Positions 1 to 10,268 of a stretch of 64,000 nt of DNA are shown here, one piece after another. The notes beneath the pieces are model-generated. The model had not been told where the DNA came from. It ran no database searches and was given only the letters and a program-made list of their open reading frames with translations. Position 1 is the first letter of the stretch, and each line of letters opens with the position of its first letter. Position numbers and translations under genes: made by a program. The stretch lies in contig CAWJSJ010000001.1 of assembly GCA_963845565.1 (NCBI GenBank), positions 384,001 through 448,000 on the forward strand, in the 5' to 3' direction. The DNA comes from an uncultured Methylomirabilota bacterium (lineage in GTDB: Bacteria; Methylomirabilota; Methylomirabilia; Methylomirabilales; 2-02-FULL-66-22).

Positions 1-375
1 GGTTCGGGCCTCACGGCCGATCTCGGCGGGCTCGCCCGAGAAACGGTTCCTCTGGACAGCAGCGAGCCGCGCTTCTCAGACTACCTCGCGCGGCTCAAGC
101 GGCGCATTGAGCGCGAGTGGACCTACCCCGAAGAGGCACGGCGCGTCGGCATGGCCGGGGAGTTGGTCCTGGTGTTCACGCTGAACCGGGCCGGGTCCCT
201 CACCCACATCCAGCTCGTCCGGAGCTCCGGTTTTCCGGCCTTGGACAGCGAGGCCCTGCGCGCGGTGAAGACCGCGGCCCCCTACGACCCCTTCCCAACC
301 CAGATGGGCGACGAGCCCAAGAACATCTCCGCCATCTTCCGCTACCAATCCCTGGCCTACTACCGGAGGAATTAA
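1..375 (+). CDS. TonB-family energy transducer, C-terminal part (5' end outside window)
   Basis: Frame 1 is open from base 1: ...DYLARLKRRIEREWTYPEEARRVGMAGELVLVFTLNRAG...SSGFPALDSEALRAV..AAPYDPFP, a TonB_C/TolA-C pattern. Confidence 0.8.
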   Translation, partial: GSGLTADLGGLARETVPLDSSEPRFSDYLARLKRRIEREWTYPEEARRVGMAGELVLVFTLNRAGSLTHIQLVRSSGFPALDSEALRAVKTAAPYDPFPTQMGDEPKNISAIFRYQSLAYYRRN

Positions 376-382
376 CCGAGCC

Positions 383-2815
383 ATGCGTCGGCATGTGCTG
401 CCCTGCGCACGCCTGTTCCTGTCCGCCTTCTGGCGGCGGGTGGTCGGTCCCGCCTGGGCCGCCCGCCCGCCCGCCGGCGAGCGCCGACTGCGAGGCCTCT
501 TCCAGGAAGTGCGGATCCGGCGCGACGAGGCCGGCATCGCGCACATCTTCGCCGAGAACCTCCCGGACCTGGGATTCGGGGCGGGCGCGGCGATGGCGCA
601 GGACCGACTCTGGCAAATGGACGCGATGCGGCGACTGGCGTGCGGACGCATGGCCGAACTGGCGGGCGACCGCCGGCTCGAAGGGGGCAGCCTCCACCTC
701 GCGGGCCCGTCGCTGCTCGCCGTAGACCAACACTATCGCAGCCTTCGCTTTCGCGAAATTGCCGAAGAGGAGCTGTCGCAGGTCAGCGACGAGGGGCGCG
801 GTCTCCTCGAAGGGTTCGCGCGCGGGGTGAACGCCTGGGTGGGGCAGTGCCGTCCGGGTGACCTGTCGCCGGAGTTCCTGTTGGCCGGCATCGATCCGGA
901 GCCCTGGCGACCCGAGGATTCCCTGGTCATCGGCAAGCTGATCGGGTGGCTCCTGAGTCTGGCCTTTGTGGCCAAGCCGATCCTGGCGGCACTCGCCGCC
1001 GACCCGGTCCTCCAACGGCTGCGCCCCCCACACTTGGCGGATGGTCCCTGTATCGTCGGGCGGGGGCCAGCGGCCGAACCGGCGGAACTGGACCTGCTGG
1101 CGCGGCGCGCCCTGGGGCTCCTGGGACCGGGTACGGGGAGCAACAGCTGGGTGGTGGGGGGTGGCCGGACGGCGTCGGGGAAACCGATTCTCTGTAACGA
1201 CCCTCACCTCGTCTTTGGGTTGCCCGCCTTGTGGTATCCGGTGGCCCTCTCCGTTCCGACGCACCGGGTGATCGGCGCCACCATGGCGGGCATTCCGGGG
1301 GTCCTGATCGGGCGGAACGATCGGGTGGCGTGGGGGATCACCGCCGTGATGGCGGACGACGGCGATTACTACCGCGAAACCCTCGACGCAGCCGGGACGC
1401 GATATCTCCGCGACGGGGCATGGCGGCCCGTGGAAACCGTCGAGGCGACGTTCCGGGTGCGCGGACACCCCGCGCCGGTGCGCGGCACGCTCCGTTACGT
1501 CCGGCACGAGGGTGTGCTCTGCCCGCTGCTCCCGACCGTCGCGGGCGAGGCAACGGGCTCCTACCGTTGGGTGGGTTTCGAGGCCTGGCGCGGGCTGGAC
1601 GGCCTGCTGGCGATGAACCGGGCGGGAAACCTTCGGGAGTTCGCGTCGGCCCTGGAAGCGTTCGCGGTGCCGGCGCAGAACCTGGTGGCGGCCGACACGA
1701 CGGGTGCTTTCGGCTACTACTGCACCGGGAAGTTCCCGCGACGCGAGCGGGTGCGGGAGGCGACACCCGTCCTCGATGGTAGCGACCCGGATCACGCCTG
1801 GGGCGGGTACCTCTCGTGGGCGGAGCAGCCAAAGGCTCTGAACCCCGAAGACGGCATGATCGTGACGGCGAACAACCGGGTCGCGCGGGATCTGCCCCAC
1901 GCCTTGACCGGCGGGTTCTGGGAGCCCCCGTACCGGGCGACCCGTATCGCTTCACTGCTCGCCGACTACCCGAAGGCGCGCATCCAGGACATGGCGTGCG
2001 TTCAGGCTGATGTGGTCTCGTTGCAGTCGGCGGGGGTCGTGGCGAGCCTGATTCGGCCGGCTCGGCCGCGGTTGACGGAGCCGCGGGCGCGGCGAGCCGC
2101 GGACCTCCTGATGGCCTGGGACCATCGGATGGATGTCGACAGCGCCGCTGCGGCGCTGTACCATCTCTTCTATCACGAACTCCTCCAGCGGCGCGTGCGG
2201 CCGCTCCTGGACACGCGCGTGCCGGGTCTCTTCCAGCGGTATCTATCGACCCTACACCTGGCGGTCCCGGCGGTGGATACCGCCTTGCTGACGGGCGATC
2301 CGGTATGTTTTCCTGCCGGAGTCATGGGCATGGCCGAGGAGTGCCTGACGGCCGCGTGGGAGGCGGCTGTCCTACGCCTGGGGTCCGATCCTGCGACGTG
2401 GAGATGGGGAGACCTGCATCGGCTCACGCTTCACCACATGCTCGGGCGAGGTGGCGGTGCGGCGATGCGACTCTTGACCTGGCTCTTCCGGCTGAACCGT
2501 GGGCCGTTTCCGCAGGCCGGTGATGGGATGACGATCAACCTAGGGGCGTTTCTCCTCACGACGCCGTTCGCGACGGCGGTCGGGCCGAGCTACCGGCAGA
2601 TCATCGACCTGGGGGCACCCGAGGAGTCGCAGTGGATCATCGCCGGAGGCGCGTCCGGCGATCCTCGGTCGCGACATTACGCGGATCAGCTCTCGCTCTG
2701 GCGTACTGGGGAGACCCGGCCGATGCGATTCCTCGACACGGGGGCACCGGATCGCAACGTCTTGCGGCTCACGCCCGCGGCCGCCGATTGCGCCTCCACC
2801 TCCTGCATGCTATAA
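383..2815 (+). CDS. Penicillin acylase family Ntn-hydrolase (peptidase S45)
   Basis: 810 aa; IRRDEAGIAHI, AQDRLWQMD, autocleavage site GSNSW followed by NDPHL, C-terminal GPSYRQIID and GGASGDPRSRHYADQ. Confidence 0.9.
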   Translation: MRRHVLPCARLFLSAFWRRVVGPAWAARPPAGERRLRGLFQEVRIRRDEAGIAHIFAENLPDLGFGAGAAMAQDRLWQMDAMRRLACGRMAELAGDRRLEGGSLHLAGPSLLAVDQHYRSLRFREIAEEELSQVSDEGRGLLEGFARGVNAWVGQCRPGDLSPEFLLAGIDPEPWRPEDSLVIGKLIGWLLSLAFVAKPILAALAADPVLQRLRPPHLADGPCIVGRGPAAEPAELDLLARRALGLLGPGTGSNSWVVGGGRTASGKPILCNDPHLVFGLPALWYPVALSVPTHRVIGATMAGIPGVLIGRNDRVAWGITAVMADDGDYYRETLDAAGTRYLRDGAWRPVETVEATFRVRGHPAPVRGTLRYVRHEGVLCPLLPTVAGEATGSYRWVGFEAWRGLDGLLAMNRAGNLREFASALEAFAVPAQNLVAADTTGAFGYYCTGKFPRRERVREATPVLDGSDPDHAWGGYLSWAEQPKALNPEDGMIVTANNRVARDLPHALTGGFWEPPYRATRIASLLADYPKARIQDMACVQADVVSLQSAGVVASLIRPARPRLTEPRARRAADLLMAWDHRMDVDSAAAALYHLFYHELLQRRVRPLLDTRVPGLFQRYLSTLHLAVPAVDTALLTGDPVCFPAGVMGMAEECLTAAWEAAVLRLGSDPATWRWGDLHRLTLHHMLGRGGGAAMRLLTWLFRLNRGPFPQAGDGMTINLGAFLLTTPFATAVGPSYRQIIDLGAPEESQWIIAGGASGDPRSRHYADQLSLWRTGETRPMRFLDTGAPDRNVLRLTPAAADCASTSCML

Positions 2816-2884
2816 GAAGTCGATGCCCTGGCGGCGCGTCCTTGGCCGGTCGCGGTGCCCGCCACAGGGCCGAGGAATACCGTG

Positions 2885-3979
2885 ATGCGTGGCGTAGGAT
2901 TCACGATCGAACCGTGGGCCTTCACCCTGGCACGGGAACTGGCGGGTGTGTTCGTCGTGGAGGACTGGCAGGTCCTGGACGGCATGGTCCGATTCCGGGG
3001 GACCCTGTTGACCGACCCCGAATCGGCCATGACGGTGCTCACGCCGCGAATCGAACCCTTCGGCTTCGTTCCGATGATTCACAGCCCACGCGAGATCGCC
3101 ATGATCCGGCTTCCGGCGGCGTCCCGGCGCGCGCCGGAAGGTTGGAGGGGCTGGCCGTTGAATCTGGCTCTTTTTCTGGCCACGCTCGGCACGACCCTGT
3201 TCGTGGGCGCGATCATGGAGGGGGCGAACCCGCTCCAGCAGCCGCTGTCGTTGGTGCAGGGCGTTCCCTTTTCGGCCAGCTTGCTCCTGATCCTGGGCTG
3301 TCACGAATTGGGCCACTACCTGACGGCCCGGGCCTACGGGGTGCACGTCAGCCTGCCGTATTTCGTCCCCCTTCCGCTTCCGCCGATGGGGACCATGGGG
3401 GCGATCATCCGGATGCGGTCCCCCATTCCCAGCCGGAAGGTGCTGTTCGACATCGGGATCGCCGGACCCTTGTTGGGTCTCGTGGTGGCGGTGCCGGTGC
3501 TGGTCCTAGGCCTCATCCTGTCTCCCGTGAAACCGGTGTCCGGCGTGATCTTCCAGGAGGGGAACTCGCTCGTCTATCTGCTGCTGAAATGGATCATCAA
3601 GGGGCCGATCCCCGACGGATCGGACGTGATGCTGCATCCGATGGCCCTGGCGGGATGGCTGGGCCTGTTCGTCACGGCGCTGAACCTGATGCCGCTCTCG
3701 CAGTTGGATGGCGGCCACATCGTCTACGCGGTCCTGGGCCCGCGCTTCCGCAAGGCGGTATGGGTCTTTCTGGCTGTCCTGGTCGGGCTGTTTCTCGTCT
3801 CGCATTGGGAAGGCTGGCTGGTGTGGGTCGGGCTGGCGGTGGCGCTGGGACTGCGGCACCCGCCGCCTCTCGACGATGTGACCCCACTGGATCGGACCCG
3901 ACGCTGGCTGGCGGTCGTGGCGCTGGGCCTGTTGATCGCGCTGGTGACGCCGCTGCCGTTCGCGATTTACGAACTGTGA
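2885..3979 (+). CDS. Site-2 protease family (M50) intramembrane metalloprotease
   Basis: HELGH zinc motif and NLMPLSQLDGG motif, several TM segments; start uncertain (2855/2882/2885). Confidence 0.9.
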   Translation: MRGVGFTIEPWAFTLARELAGVFVVEDWQVLDGMVRFRGTLLTDPESAMTVLTPRIEPFGFVPMIHSPREIAMIRLPAASRRAPEGWRGWPLNLALFLATLGTTLFVGAIMEGANPLQQPLSLVQGVPFSASLLLILGCHELGHYLTARAYGVHVSLPYFVPLPLPPMGTMGAIIRMRSPIPSRKVLFDIGIAGPLLGLVVAVPVLVLGLILSPVKPVSGVIFQEGNSLVYLLLKWIIKGPIPDGSDVMLHPMALAGWLGLFVTALNLMPLSQLDGGHIVYAVLGPRFRKAVWVFLAVLVGLFLVSHWEGWLVWVGLAVALGLRHPPPLDDVTPLDRTRRWLAVVALGLLIALVTPLPFAIYEL

Positions 3980-4083
3980 GCGCTGACCGTGGCCGATCGA
4001 CGACGGATCACGGGTGGAGATGACGCCTGGCACCATGATCCCCGATCGATCGTCGATGGCCGACGCTTCAAGGGGTATCCGTC

Positions 4084-5145
4084 ATGAACCTGGCCCCTCG
4101 TGGTGCAAGTCCGCGGCTGGCGTTGGGGAAACCCCCCTGGGAGGTCCTTGACCGACTGTTCGCGCAGTATGCCATCCGCGACCCGCGGGTGATCATGGGG
4201 CCACGGGTGGGAGAAGATGCCGCCGTGCTGGACATCGGGGACCGGTATCTCGTCGCCAAGGTGGATCCCATCACCTTTGTGGCGGAAGAGATCGGGTGGT
4301 ACGCCGTCCACATCAACGCCAACGACCTGGCGGTGCGGGGAGCCCGGCCGGCGTGGTTCCTGATGACGCTCCTGCTGCCGGAGGGGCAAGCCGACGAGGC
4401 GCAGTTGGCCGCCATCTTTGGGCAAGTGCAGGACGCCTGCCGTGCCGTCGGGGCCAGTCTGGTCGGCGGCCACACCGAGGTCACGCAGGGGCTGGATCGT
4501 CCGATCCTGGCGGGCGCCATGCTGGGCGAGGTGGAGAAGGATCGCCTGGTGACGACGGGGGGCGCCCGCGTCGGCGACGCGGTGCTGCTGAGTAAAGGGA
4601 TCGCCATCGAGGGGGCGTCGATTCTGGCGCGAGAATTTGACCGGGTGCTGGGGGAGCGCGGGGTCGAGCCCGAGGTCCGCGCCCGCGCCCGCGCTTTGGT
4701 GCACCGGCCGGGGATCTCGGTCCTTCCGGACGCCCGGACCGCCGTCGCCGCGGCAGCCATTCATGCCATGCACGATCCGACCGAGGGCGGGCTGGCCACC
4801 GGCCTCCAGGAGGTTGCCCTGGCGGCCGGGATCGGTCTCCGCATCGACCGGGAGGCGATTCCGGTCTTGCCCGAGTGTGCCGCGATGTGCCACGCCTTGG
4901 GACTCGACCCGCTCGGCCTGATCGCCTCCGGGGCGCTCCTGCTTACCTGTGCGCCCGAGGCGGCCGACCACGTCCTGGCCGCGTGGACGGCGGCGGGCAT
5001 CGACGGGAACCTGATCGGGCACGCGACCCCGCCGGAAGACGGCTGTCGGCTGATCAGTCGTGCAGGCGAGATCCCGCTGCCGCGGTTTCCCCGGGACGAG
5101 GTGGCCCGGTTCCTGGACGCGGAACGGCCGGCAGCCACCCTCTGA
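4084..5145 (+). CDS. AIR synthase-related / HypE-like protein
   Basis: GEDAAV, DPIT, NANDLAVRGA, VGGHTEVT, MHDPTEGGL motifs of the PurM/HypE superfamily. Confidence 0.85.
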   Translation: MNLAPRGASPRLALGKPPWEVLDRLFAQYAIRDPRVIMGPRVGEDAAVLDIGDRYLVAKVDPITFVAEEIGWYAVHINANDLAVRGARPAWFLMTLLLPEGQADEAQLAAIFGQVQDACRAVGASLVGGHTEVTQGLDRPILAGAMLGEVEKDRLVTTGGARVGDAVLLSKGIAIEGASILAREFDRVLGERGVEPEVRARARALVHRPGISVLPDARTAVAAAAIHAMHDPTEGGLATGLQEVALAAGIGLRIDREAIPVLPECAAMCHALGLDPLGLIASGALLLTCAPEAADHVLAAWTAAGIDGNLIGHATPPEDGCRLISRAGEIPLPRFPRDEVARFLDAERPAATL

Positions 5146-5240
5146 CCGTTTGGGGGGCTCAGGGGCGTGTGTGATATGATGCGTGCGCCGGGTCGCCAGG
5201 GGCGACCCGGCGATCCCGTTCCGTCATGAGGGAGGCCGCT

Positions 5241-6005
5241 ATGGCGCAGACCGTTGGTCCTCTTGCGTCTCGTATTCTGGTATCGGAGGACGACCCGATT
5301 CAGGCGGCGGTCATTTGCGACCTGCTGGAGAAGGAAGGCTACGAAGTCGAGTGGCGCGCGACCCTGGCCGAAACGCGCGAAGTCATGCGGGCCGGAATCC
5401 CGGATCTCCTCCTGCTCGACCGCATGTTTCCGGACGGGGACGGCTGTCTCCTCTGCCAGGAGTTGAAAGCCAACCCAGCGACCCTGGGTCTGCCGATCAT
5501 CCTGCTCACGGCGCGGGACCGGGTGGAGGATCGGGTCGAGGGGTTGCTTCGCGGCGCCGACGACTACATCCCCAAACCGTTTCATCCCAGGGAATTCTTG
5601 GCGCGGGTCCACAGCTGTCTTCGGACGCTGGCTCTGCAGCGGGAGTTGCGGCTCAAGGCGGAGGAGTTGGCGCGAAAACACCAGGCGCTGGTGGAGACGC
5701 AAGAGCGCCTGATCCGCAGCGAGCGGCTGGCGGCGATCGGCGAGATCGGCGTGGGCATCCGGCACGAAATCAACAATCCCCTGGGGACGATCCTGGGATT
5801 CGTGGATCTGCTTCTCACGCAGGCGGATGCGTTTCCCGAGGCCGCGCGGCGGAAACTCGAGGCGATCCGGCGGGCGACGATCCGGATCCGCGACGTGGTG
5901 CGGCGCCTAGAGGATATCGAGGACCGGACCGTGGAATACGTCCCGGGAATGCAGATGACGGACCTGAGCGGAGACGAGCCTCCGGGGGCGGAAAGAGCCC
6001 TCTGA
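5241..6005 (+). CDS. Response regulator receiver fused to a HisKA (DHp) domain, with no ATPase domain
   Basis: REC (EDD, LLLDRMFP, LTA, KPF), coiled coil, H-box IRHEINNPL, then ends about 75 aa later; GGAGG upstream of ATG 5241. Confidence 0.85.
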   Translation: MAQTVGPLASRILVSEDDPIQAAVICDLLEKEGYEVEWRATLAETREVMRAGIPDLLLLDRMFPDGDGCLLCQELKANPATLGLPIILLTARDRVEDRVEGLLRGADDYIPKPFHPREFLARVHSCLRTLALQRELRLKAEELARKHQALVETQERLIRSERLAAIGEIGVGIRHEINNPLGTILGFVDLLLTQADAFPEAARRKLEAIRRATIRIRDVVRRLEDIEDRTVEYVPGMQMTDLSGDEPPGAERAL

Positions 6006-6031
6006 CAGCGCGGAGGGGAGGGGGGCGCGGG

Positions 6032-6934
6032 CTACCGCCCGGTCAGGCGGTGGCGTGCCCAGCAGCCGGCCGCCAGCGCAAGGCGGTGTGCGTCCGACAG
6101 CCGAATGGGTTGCGAGTAGACGTCATACCCGCGTGCCTCGATCTTGTCGAGGAGGCGGCTGTAGATGGCCCGCATGATCTCGGCGCACAGCATGGTGCCG
6201 CGGTCTGCGCTCGGCAGCGCGGCCTGCGCAGCCCGGTAGAACTCGCGGGCTCGGCCGACCTCGAACTGCATCAGGGCGCGAAAGGCGGGGGTCAAACGTC
6301 GCGCCAGGATGTCGGCGTCAGAACACCCGAACCGTGCCAAGTCCTCGCGCGGCAGATAGATCCGCCCCGCCGCCCCGTCCCGGCCCACGTCGCGCAGGAT
6401 GTTGGTGAGCTGAAAGGCGGTGCCGAGGTGTTCGGCGTACCGCCGGGTTTCCGGACGGGTGTAGCCGAAGACCTCGATGCACATGAGTCCCACCACACCC
6501 GCGACGCGATAGCAATACTGCTGAAGCTCGGCGAAGGTGTCGTAGCGGCTCTGCCTCAGATCCATCTCGACCCCGTTCAGCAGCTCGTCGAAATAACCTT
6601 TCGAAATGGGGAAAGCGCCCAGGACTTCCCCCAGGCGCCGGGTGACGGGGTGGCGCGCCTCGCCTCGGAAACAGGCGTCCAGTTCGGCACGCCACGCCGT
6701 CAGGCGGTCGGCGGGCGTCGTCCGTTCATCGGTGCCCGGGGACGCCGCGGCGGCCGTCAGCCCTTCGTCCACCACGTCGTCGCTGATCCGACAAAAGGCG
6801 TAGATGGCGTAGAGGGCCTCGCGTTTGGGCTTGGGGAGGACCAGGAACGCGTAGGTGAAATTGGAGCGGCTGGCCTTGGTGACGGCCCGGGAGACGTTCG
6901 AGGGTGCCGCGGTCGTCCCGCCGATTGGGTTCAT
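6032..6934 (-). CDS. hpnD: Squalene/phytoene synthase family, HpnD-like presqualene diphosphate synthase
   Basis: SNFTYAFLVLP, YAFCRISDDVVD, YCYRVAGVVG, AFQLTNILRDVGRD, GRIYLP. Confidence 0.8.
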   Translation of the reverse strand: MNPIGGTTAAPSNVSRAVTKASRSNFTYAFLVLPKPKREALYAIYAFCRISDDVVDEGLTAAAASPGTDERTTPADRLTAWRAELDACFRGEARHPVTRRLGEVLGAFPISKGYFDELLNGVEMDLRQSRYDTFAELQQYCYRVAGVVGLMCIEVFGYTRPETRRYAEHLGTAFQLTNILRDVGRDGAAGRIYLPREDLARFGCSDADILARRLTPAFRALMQFEVGRAREFYRAAQAALPSADRGTMLCAEIMRAIYSRLLDKIEARGYDVYSQPIRLSDAHRLALAAGCWARHRLTGR

Positions 6935-7010
6935 GGCATGGCGCTCGGGGTGCCGGGTCTCCGGGTTGATCTGCGCCGGCTGCCCGCTGCCGGGGCGGGG
7001 TGGGCGGTCG

Positions 7011-7964
7011 TCAGACACGACGCGCATCACGGTCCCGCACGAGCTCCGGCGGGAGGGCGAAGCTCACCTCTTCCGTTACCGCCTCGATCTCTTCGATGTC
7101 GGTGACGCCCTGCGCCCGGAAGAACTGGACCACTTCATCCACCAGGTACTCCGGGGCCGACGCCCCCGCGGTGATCCCCAGGCTCTCGACACCGTCAAGC
7201 CAGGTCGGATCGATCTGCGAGATGTCGTCAATCAGGTACGCCCGCGCCCCGGCCGCCTGGGCGACCTCCGCGAGGCGGTTGCTGTTCGAGCTGTTCTTGG
7301 AGCCGATCACCAGGATGGCCGGGGCCCGGCGCGCCATGGCCTTCACGGCCAACTGGCGATTCTGGGTGGCGTAGCAGATGTCGTCCCGGGTGGGCGCCTC
7401 GATGTCGGGGAAGCGGCGGCGCAGGACATCCACCACGGTCGAGGTGTCGTCCAGGCTGAGCGTGGTCTGGGTGATCACGGCGACTCGGTTCGGGTCGGAC
7501 ACCTCGAGCGTCTCGGCCTCTTCGGCGGAGCCGATGAGGTGGATATGCTCGGGGGCGTGACCCATCGTCCCGACGACCTCGTCGTGCCCCTCGTGCCCCA
7601 CCAAGACGATGGGGCGCCCTTCGCGGGCGAAGCGGATCGCCTCATGGTGAACCTTGGTCACCAGCGGGCAGGTGGCGTCGATCACCTTGAGACCGCGGGC
7701 CGTGGCCCCGGCCCGCACCTCCGGCGAGACGCCGTGGGCGCTGAAGATCACCGTGGCGCCGTCGGGGACCTCGTCCAGTTCATCCACGAAGACCGCCCCC
7801 TTGGCCCGGAGATCGTTGACCACATGGACATTGTGGACGATTTCCTTGCGCACGTAGACGGGGCCGGGGTACAACTCCAACGCCAGATTCACGACGTCAA
7901 TGGCGCGATCCACTCCGGCGCAAAAGCCGCGTGGTTTCGCCAACAGGAGCTTCCTGACGGGCAT
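7011..7964 (-). CDS. ispH: 4-hydroxy-3-methylbut-2-enyl diphosphate reductase
   Basis: PRGFCAGV, EIVHN, FSAHG, DATCPLV, QTT, ICYATQNRQ, SSNSNRL, TAGASAPE. Confidence 0.97.
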   Translation of the reverse strand: MPVRKLLLAKPRGFCAGVDRAIDVVNLALELYPGPVYVRKEIVHNVHVVNDLRAKGAVFVDELDEVPDGATVIFSAHGVSPEVRAGATARGLKVIDATCPLVTKVHHEAIRFAREGRPIVLVGHEGHDEVVGTMGHAPEHIHLIGSAEEAETLEVSDPNRVAVITQTTLSLDDTSTVVDVLRRRFPDIEAPTRDDICYATQNRQLAVKAMARRAPAILVIGSKNSSNSNRLAEVAQAAGARAYLIDDISQIDPTWLDGVESLGITAGASAPEYLVDEVVQFFRAQGVTDIEEIEAVTEEVSFALPPELVRDRDARRV

Positions 7965-8097
7965 AGCGTTCCCTTCGTTTTTCTGCGGGCCGCGCATTCG
8001 ATGCGAAAGGCAGGCTATCCAGTTTGCCGGCCCTTGTCAATCGGTTTCGGGGCTGCCGGCGGGCGTGCAGGGCGGCGGTCCGGGGCGAAAAGGACGG

Positions 8098-8127
8098 TTG
8101 ACACGCGTCCCGAGCGTCCAGTATAAG
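8098..8127 (+). promoter_or_regulatory. Candidate sigma-70 promoter of the ABC exporter operon
   Basis: TTGACA-N18-TATAAG about 50 bp upstream of ATG 8180. Confidence 0.55.
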
Positions 8128-8179
8128 TGGCCGTCGTACCAACGTGTCGAGTGTATGTCGACGGGAGCGCAAGGCTCGT

Positions 8180-9121
8180 ATGCCCCTCGCGATCGAGACG
8201 ACCAACCTCACCAGACGCTTCGGGGCCGCGACCGCGGTCCGCGCCCTGAATCTCCGCGTCCGGTCCGGGGAGATCTTCGGATTTCTGGGGCCAAACGGCG
8301 CCGGGAAGACCACCACGATCCGGATGCTGTGCGGCTTGTTGCTTCCGAGTGAGGGGACGGCGTGCGTGGCGGGGATGGATGTGACCCGCGATGCTGAGGC
8401 GATCAAGCTCCAGGTGGGTTACATGCCGCAGCGGTTCAGCCTGTACGGGGACTTGACCGTGGAGGAAAACCTGGACTTCTTTGCCGGTGTGTACCGCATC
8501 CCGGGACGGGAACGGAGACGGCGGGTGGCGAACACGTTGGAGCGCGTCGGCTTACTGGAGCGGCGTGCGGACCTCACGGAGCACCTGTCCGGAGGGCTCA
8601 AGCAGCGCTTGGCCCTGGGCTGTGCCCTGGTTCACGCGCCCGCCATCCTGTTCCTGGACGAGCCCACGGCCGGGGCGGACCCGTCGTCACGGCAGCAGAT
8701 GTGGGACCTGCTGTACCAGGCGGCCGGCGAGGGGCGAACGATCTTGGTTACCACCCACTATGTGGAAGAGGCGGAGCGATGTCAGACGATCGCCTTCATG
8801 CACGGCGGGCGGCTGATCGGTTCCGGCTCACCGGAACAATGCCGAGCCGAGATCGGCGAGGCCATCCTGGAGGTCGACGCCGTTCCCGTGATGCAGGCCG
8901 CCGAGGCGGTGCGGGGCATCGCCGGGGTGACGGGTGTCAGCATCTACGGGCACACGCTCCGAGTCTTCAGTCGGATGACCGAGGGGCTGGAAGGGGAGTT
9001 GGACGCGGCGCTGCGCGGGCGAGAGGTGGTGGTTCGCGGGATCCGCTCGGTGCCGCCCACGCTGGAGGACGTCTTCATGTCGCTCACCCGGACGGCGCCG
9101 GCTGACGTGCAGGACGCCTGA
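8180..9121 (+). CDS. ABC-2 type exporter ATP-binding protein
   Basis: GPNGAGKTT, LSGGLKQR, LFLDEPT, TTH. Confidence 0.92.
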   Translation: MPLAIETTNLTRRFGAATAVRALNLRVRSGEIFGFLGPNGAGKTTTIRMLCGLLLPSEGTACVAGMDVTRDAEAIKLQVGYMPQRFSLYGDLTVEENLDFFAGVYRIPGRERRRRVANTLERVGLLERRADLTEHLSGGLKQRLALGCALVHAPAILFLDEPTAGADPSSRQQMWDLLYQAAGEGRTILVTTHYVEEAERCQTIAFMHGGRLIGSGSPEQCRAEIGEAILEVDAVPVMQAAEAVRGIAGVTGVSIYGHTLRVFSRMTEGLEGELDAALRGREVVVRGIRSVPPTLEDVFMSLTRTAPADVQDA

Positions 9122-9122
9122 C

Positions 9123-10268
9123 GTGCTGGCGGTGGTCGGCCACGTGGCACGGAAGGAGCTCCGCCAGATCCTGCGGGACCGCCGCAGTCTCGTGCTCATC
9201 CTGGTGATGCCCATCATCCTCACCTTTCTGTTCGGCAAAGCGCTGGAGACCGGCGAACTCGGTCACATCCCGTCGGTCATCCTGAACCTGGACGGATCCT
9301 CCGAGTCGAACCGGATCGCGTCGGCCTTCCGCACCTACGACGAGGTCCTGATCGAGCGGGAGGTGTCGACGCTGACGGAGGCCCAGGACCTCCTGGCGCG
9401 CGGCCAGATCAAGGCTGCGATCGTCATTCCCAAGGGCTTCCTGCAGCAGATTGAGGCGGGCGACGAGGCCCAGCTCCTGGTTCTCCTGGACGGGACGGAC
9501 AATACGTCGGCGCCGATCGTGGAAGGCGTGGCACAGCGGGTCATCCAGCGCTACAACACCGAGCGCGCGATCAGGGGCTTGTGGGAGCGCGGTGTGCGAC
9601 CGGACCGCGGGCGCCGGCTGATCCGGCCGGTTTTCGTGCAATCCGAGATCCGGTACAACCCGGGGCGCCAGTATCTGGGGTACGTGATGCCGGGCGTCAT
9701 CGGGCTCACGCTGCAGCTGCTGACCGTCATGCTGATGGCCATCACCATCCCCCGGGAGCGAGAACGGGGCACGCTCGACCAGCTCATGGCGTCGCCCATC
9801 ACGCGCCTCGAGCTGATCCTGGGGAAGCTCCTGCCGTTTTTCGGCATCTCGCTGCTCAACGTGGCGACCATCCTGTTCGTGACGGACCGCTGGTTCGGCA
9901 TCCCGGTGGCCGACAGGTTACCCCTGCTCGTGCTGCTGTGCGCGCTCTTCGTGCTCACCTCGTTGGCCACGGGCCTGCTCATCTCGGCGGTGTCCCGGTC
10001 CCAGTTCCAAGCGGTGCAGATCGCCGTCTTTTACGTTTTGCCGGTCTTCATGCTCTCGGGGGCGTACGCCCCCATCGAGGCGATCCCCGACTACATCCGC
10101 CCCATCTCCTTCCTGTTTCCGCTGATGTACTTCTCGCGAACGGTCCGGGCCGTGACGCTGCGCGGGGCCGACCTGGCCCAGATCTGGCCGGATGTGGCCA
10201 TTCTGGGCGGGTTCGTGGTGGTGTTCCTTTACTGGGCCATCCTGAGCTTCCACAAGCGGGTCAACTGA
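9123..10268 (+). CDS. ABC-2 type exporter permease (YbhR/YbhS-like)
   Basis: KELRQILRD start, extracytoplasmic domain, YNP, RERERGTLDQL, multiple TM helices. Confidence 0.9.
   Translation: MLAVVGHVARKELRQILRDRRSLVLILVMPIILTFLFGKALETGELGHIPSVILNLDGSSESNRIASAFRTYDEVLIEREVSTLTEAQDLLARGQIKAAIVIPKGFLQQIEAGDEAQLLVLLDGTDNTSAPIVEGVAQRVIQRYNTERAIRGLWERGVRPDRGRRLIRPVFVQSEIRYNPGRQYLGYVMPGVIGLTLQLLTVMLMAITIPRERERGTLDQLMASPITRLELILGKLLPFFGISLLNVATILFVTDRWFGIPVADRLPLLVLLCALFVLTSLATGLLISAVSRSQFQAVQIAVFYVLPVFMLSGAYAPIEAIPDYIRPISFLFPLMYFSRTVRAVTLRGADLAQIWPDVAILGGFVVVFLYWAILSFHKRVN

Noticed and set aside
4084..5145. Hydrogenase maturation gene hypE
   Set aside because: No hyp or hydrogenase context and no HypE C-terminal PRIC motif; kept as AIR synthase-related
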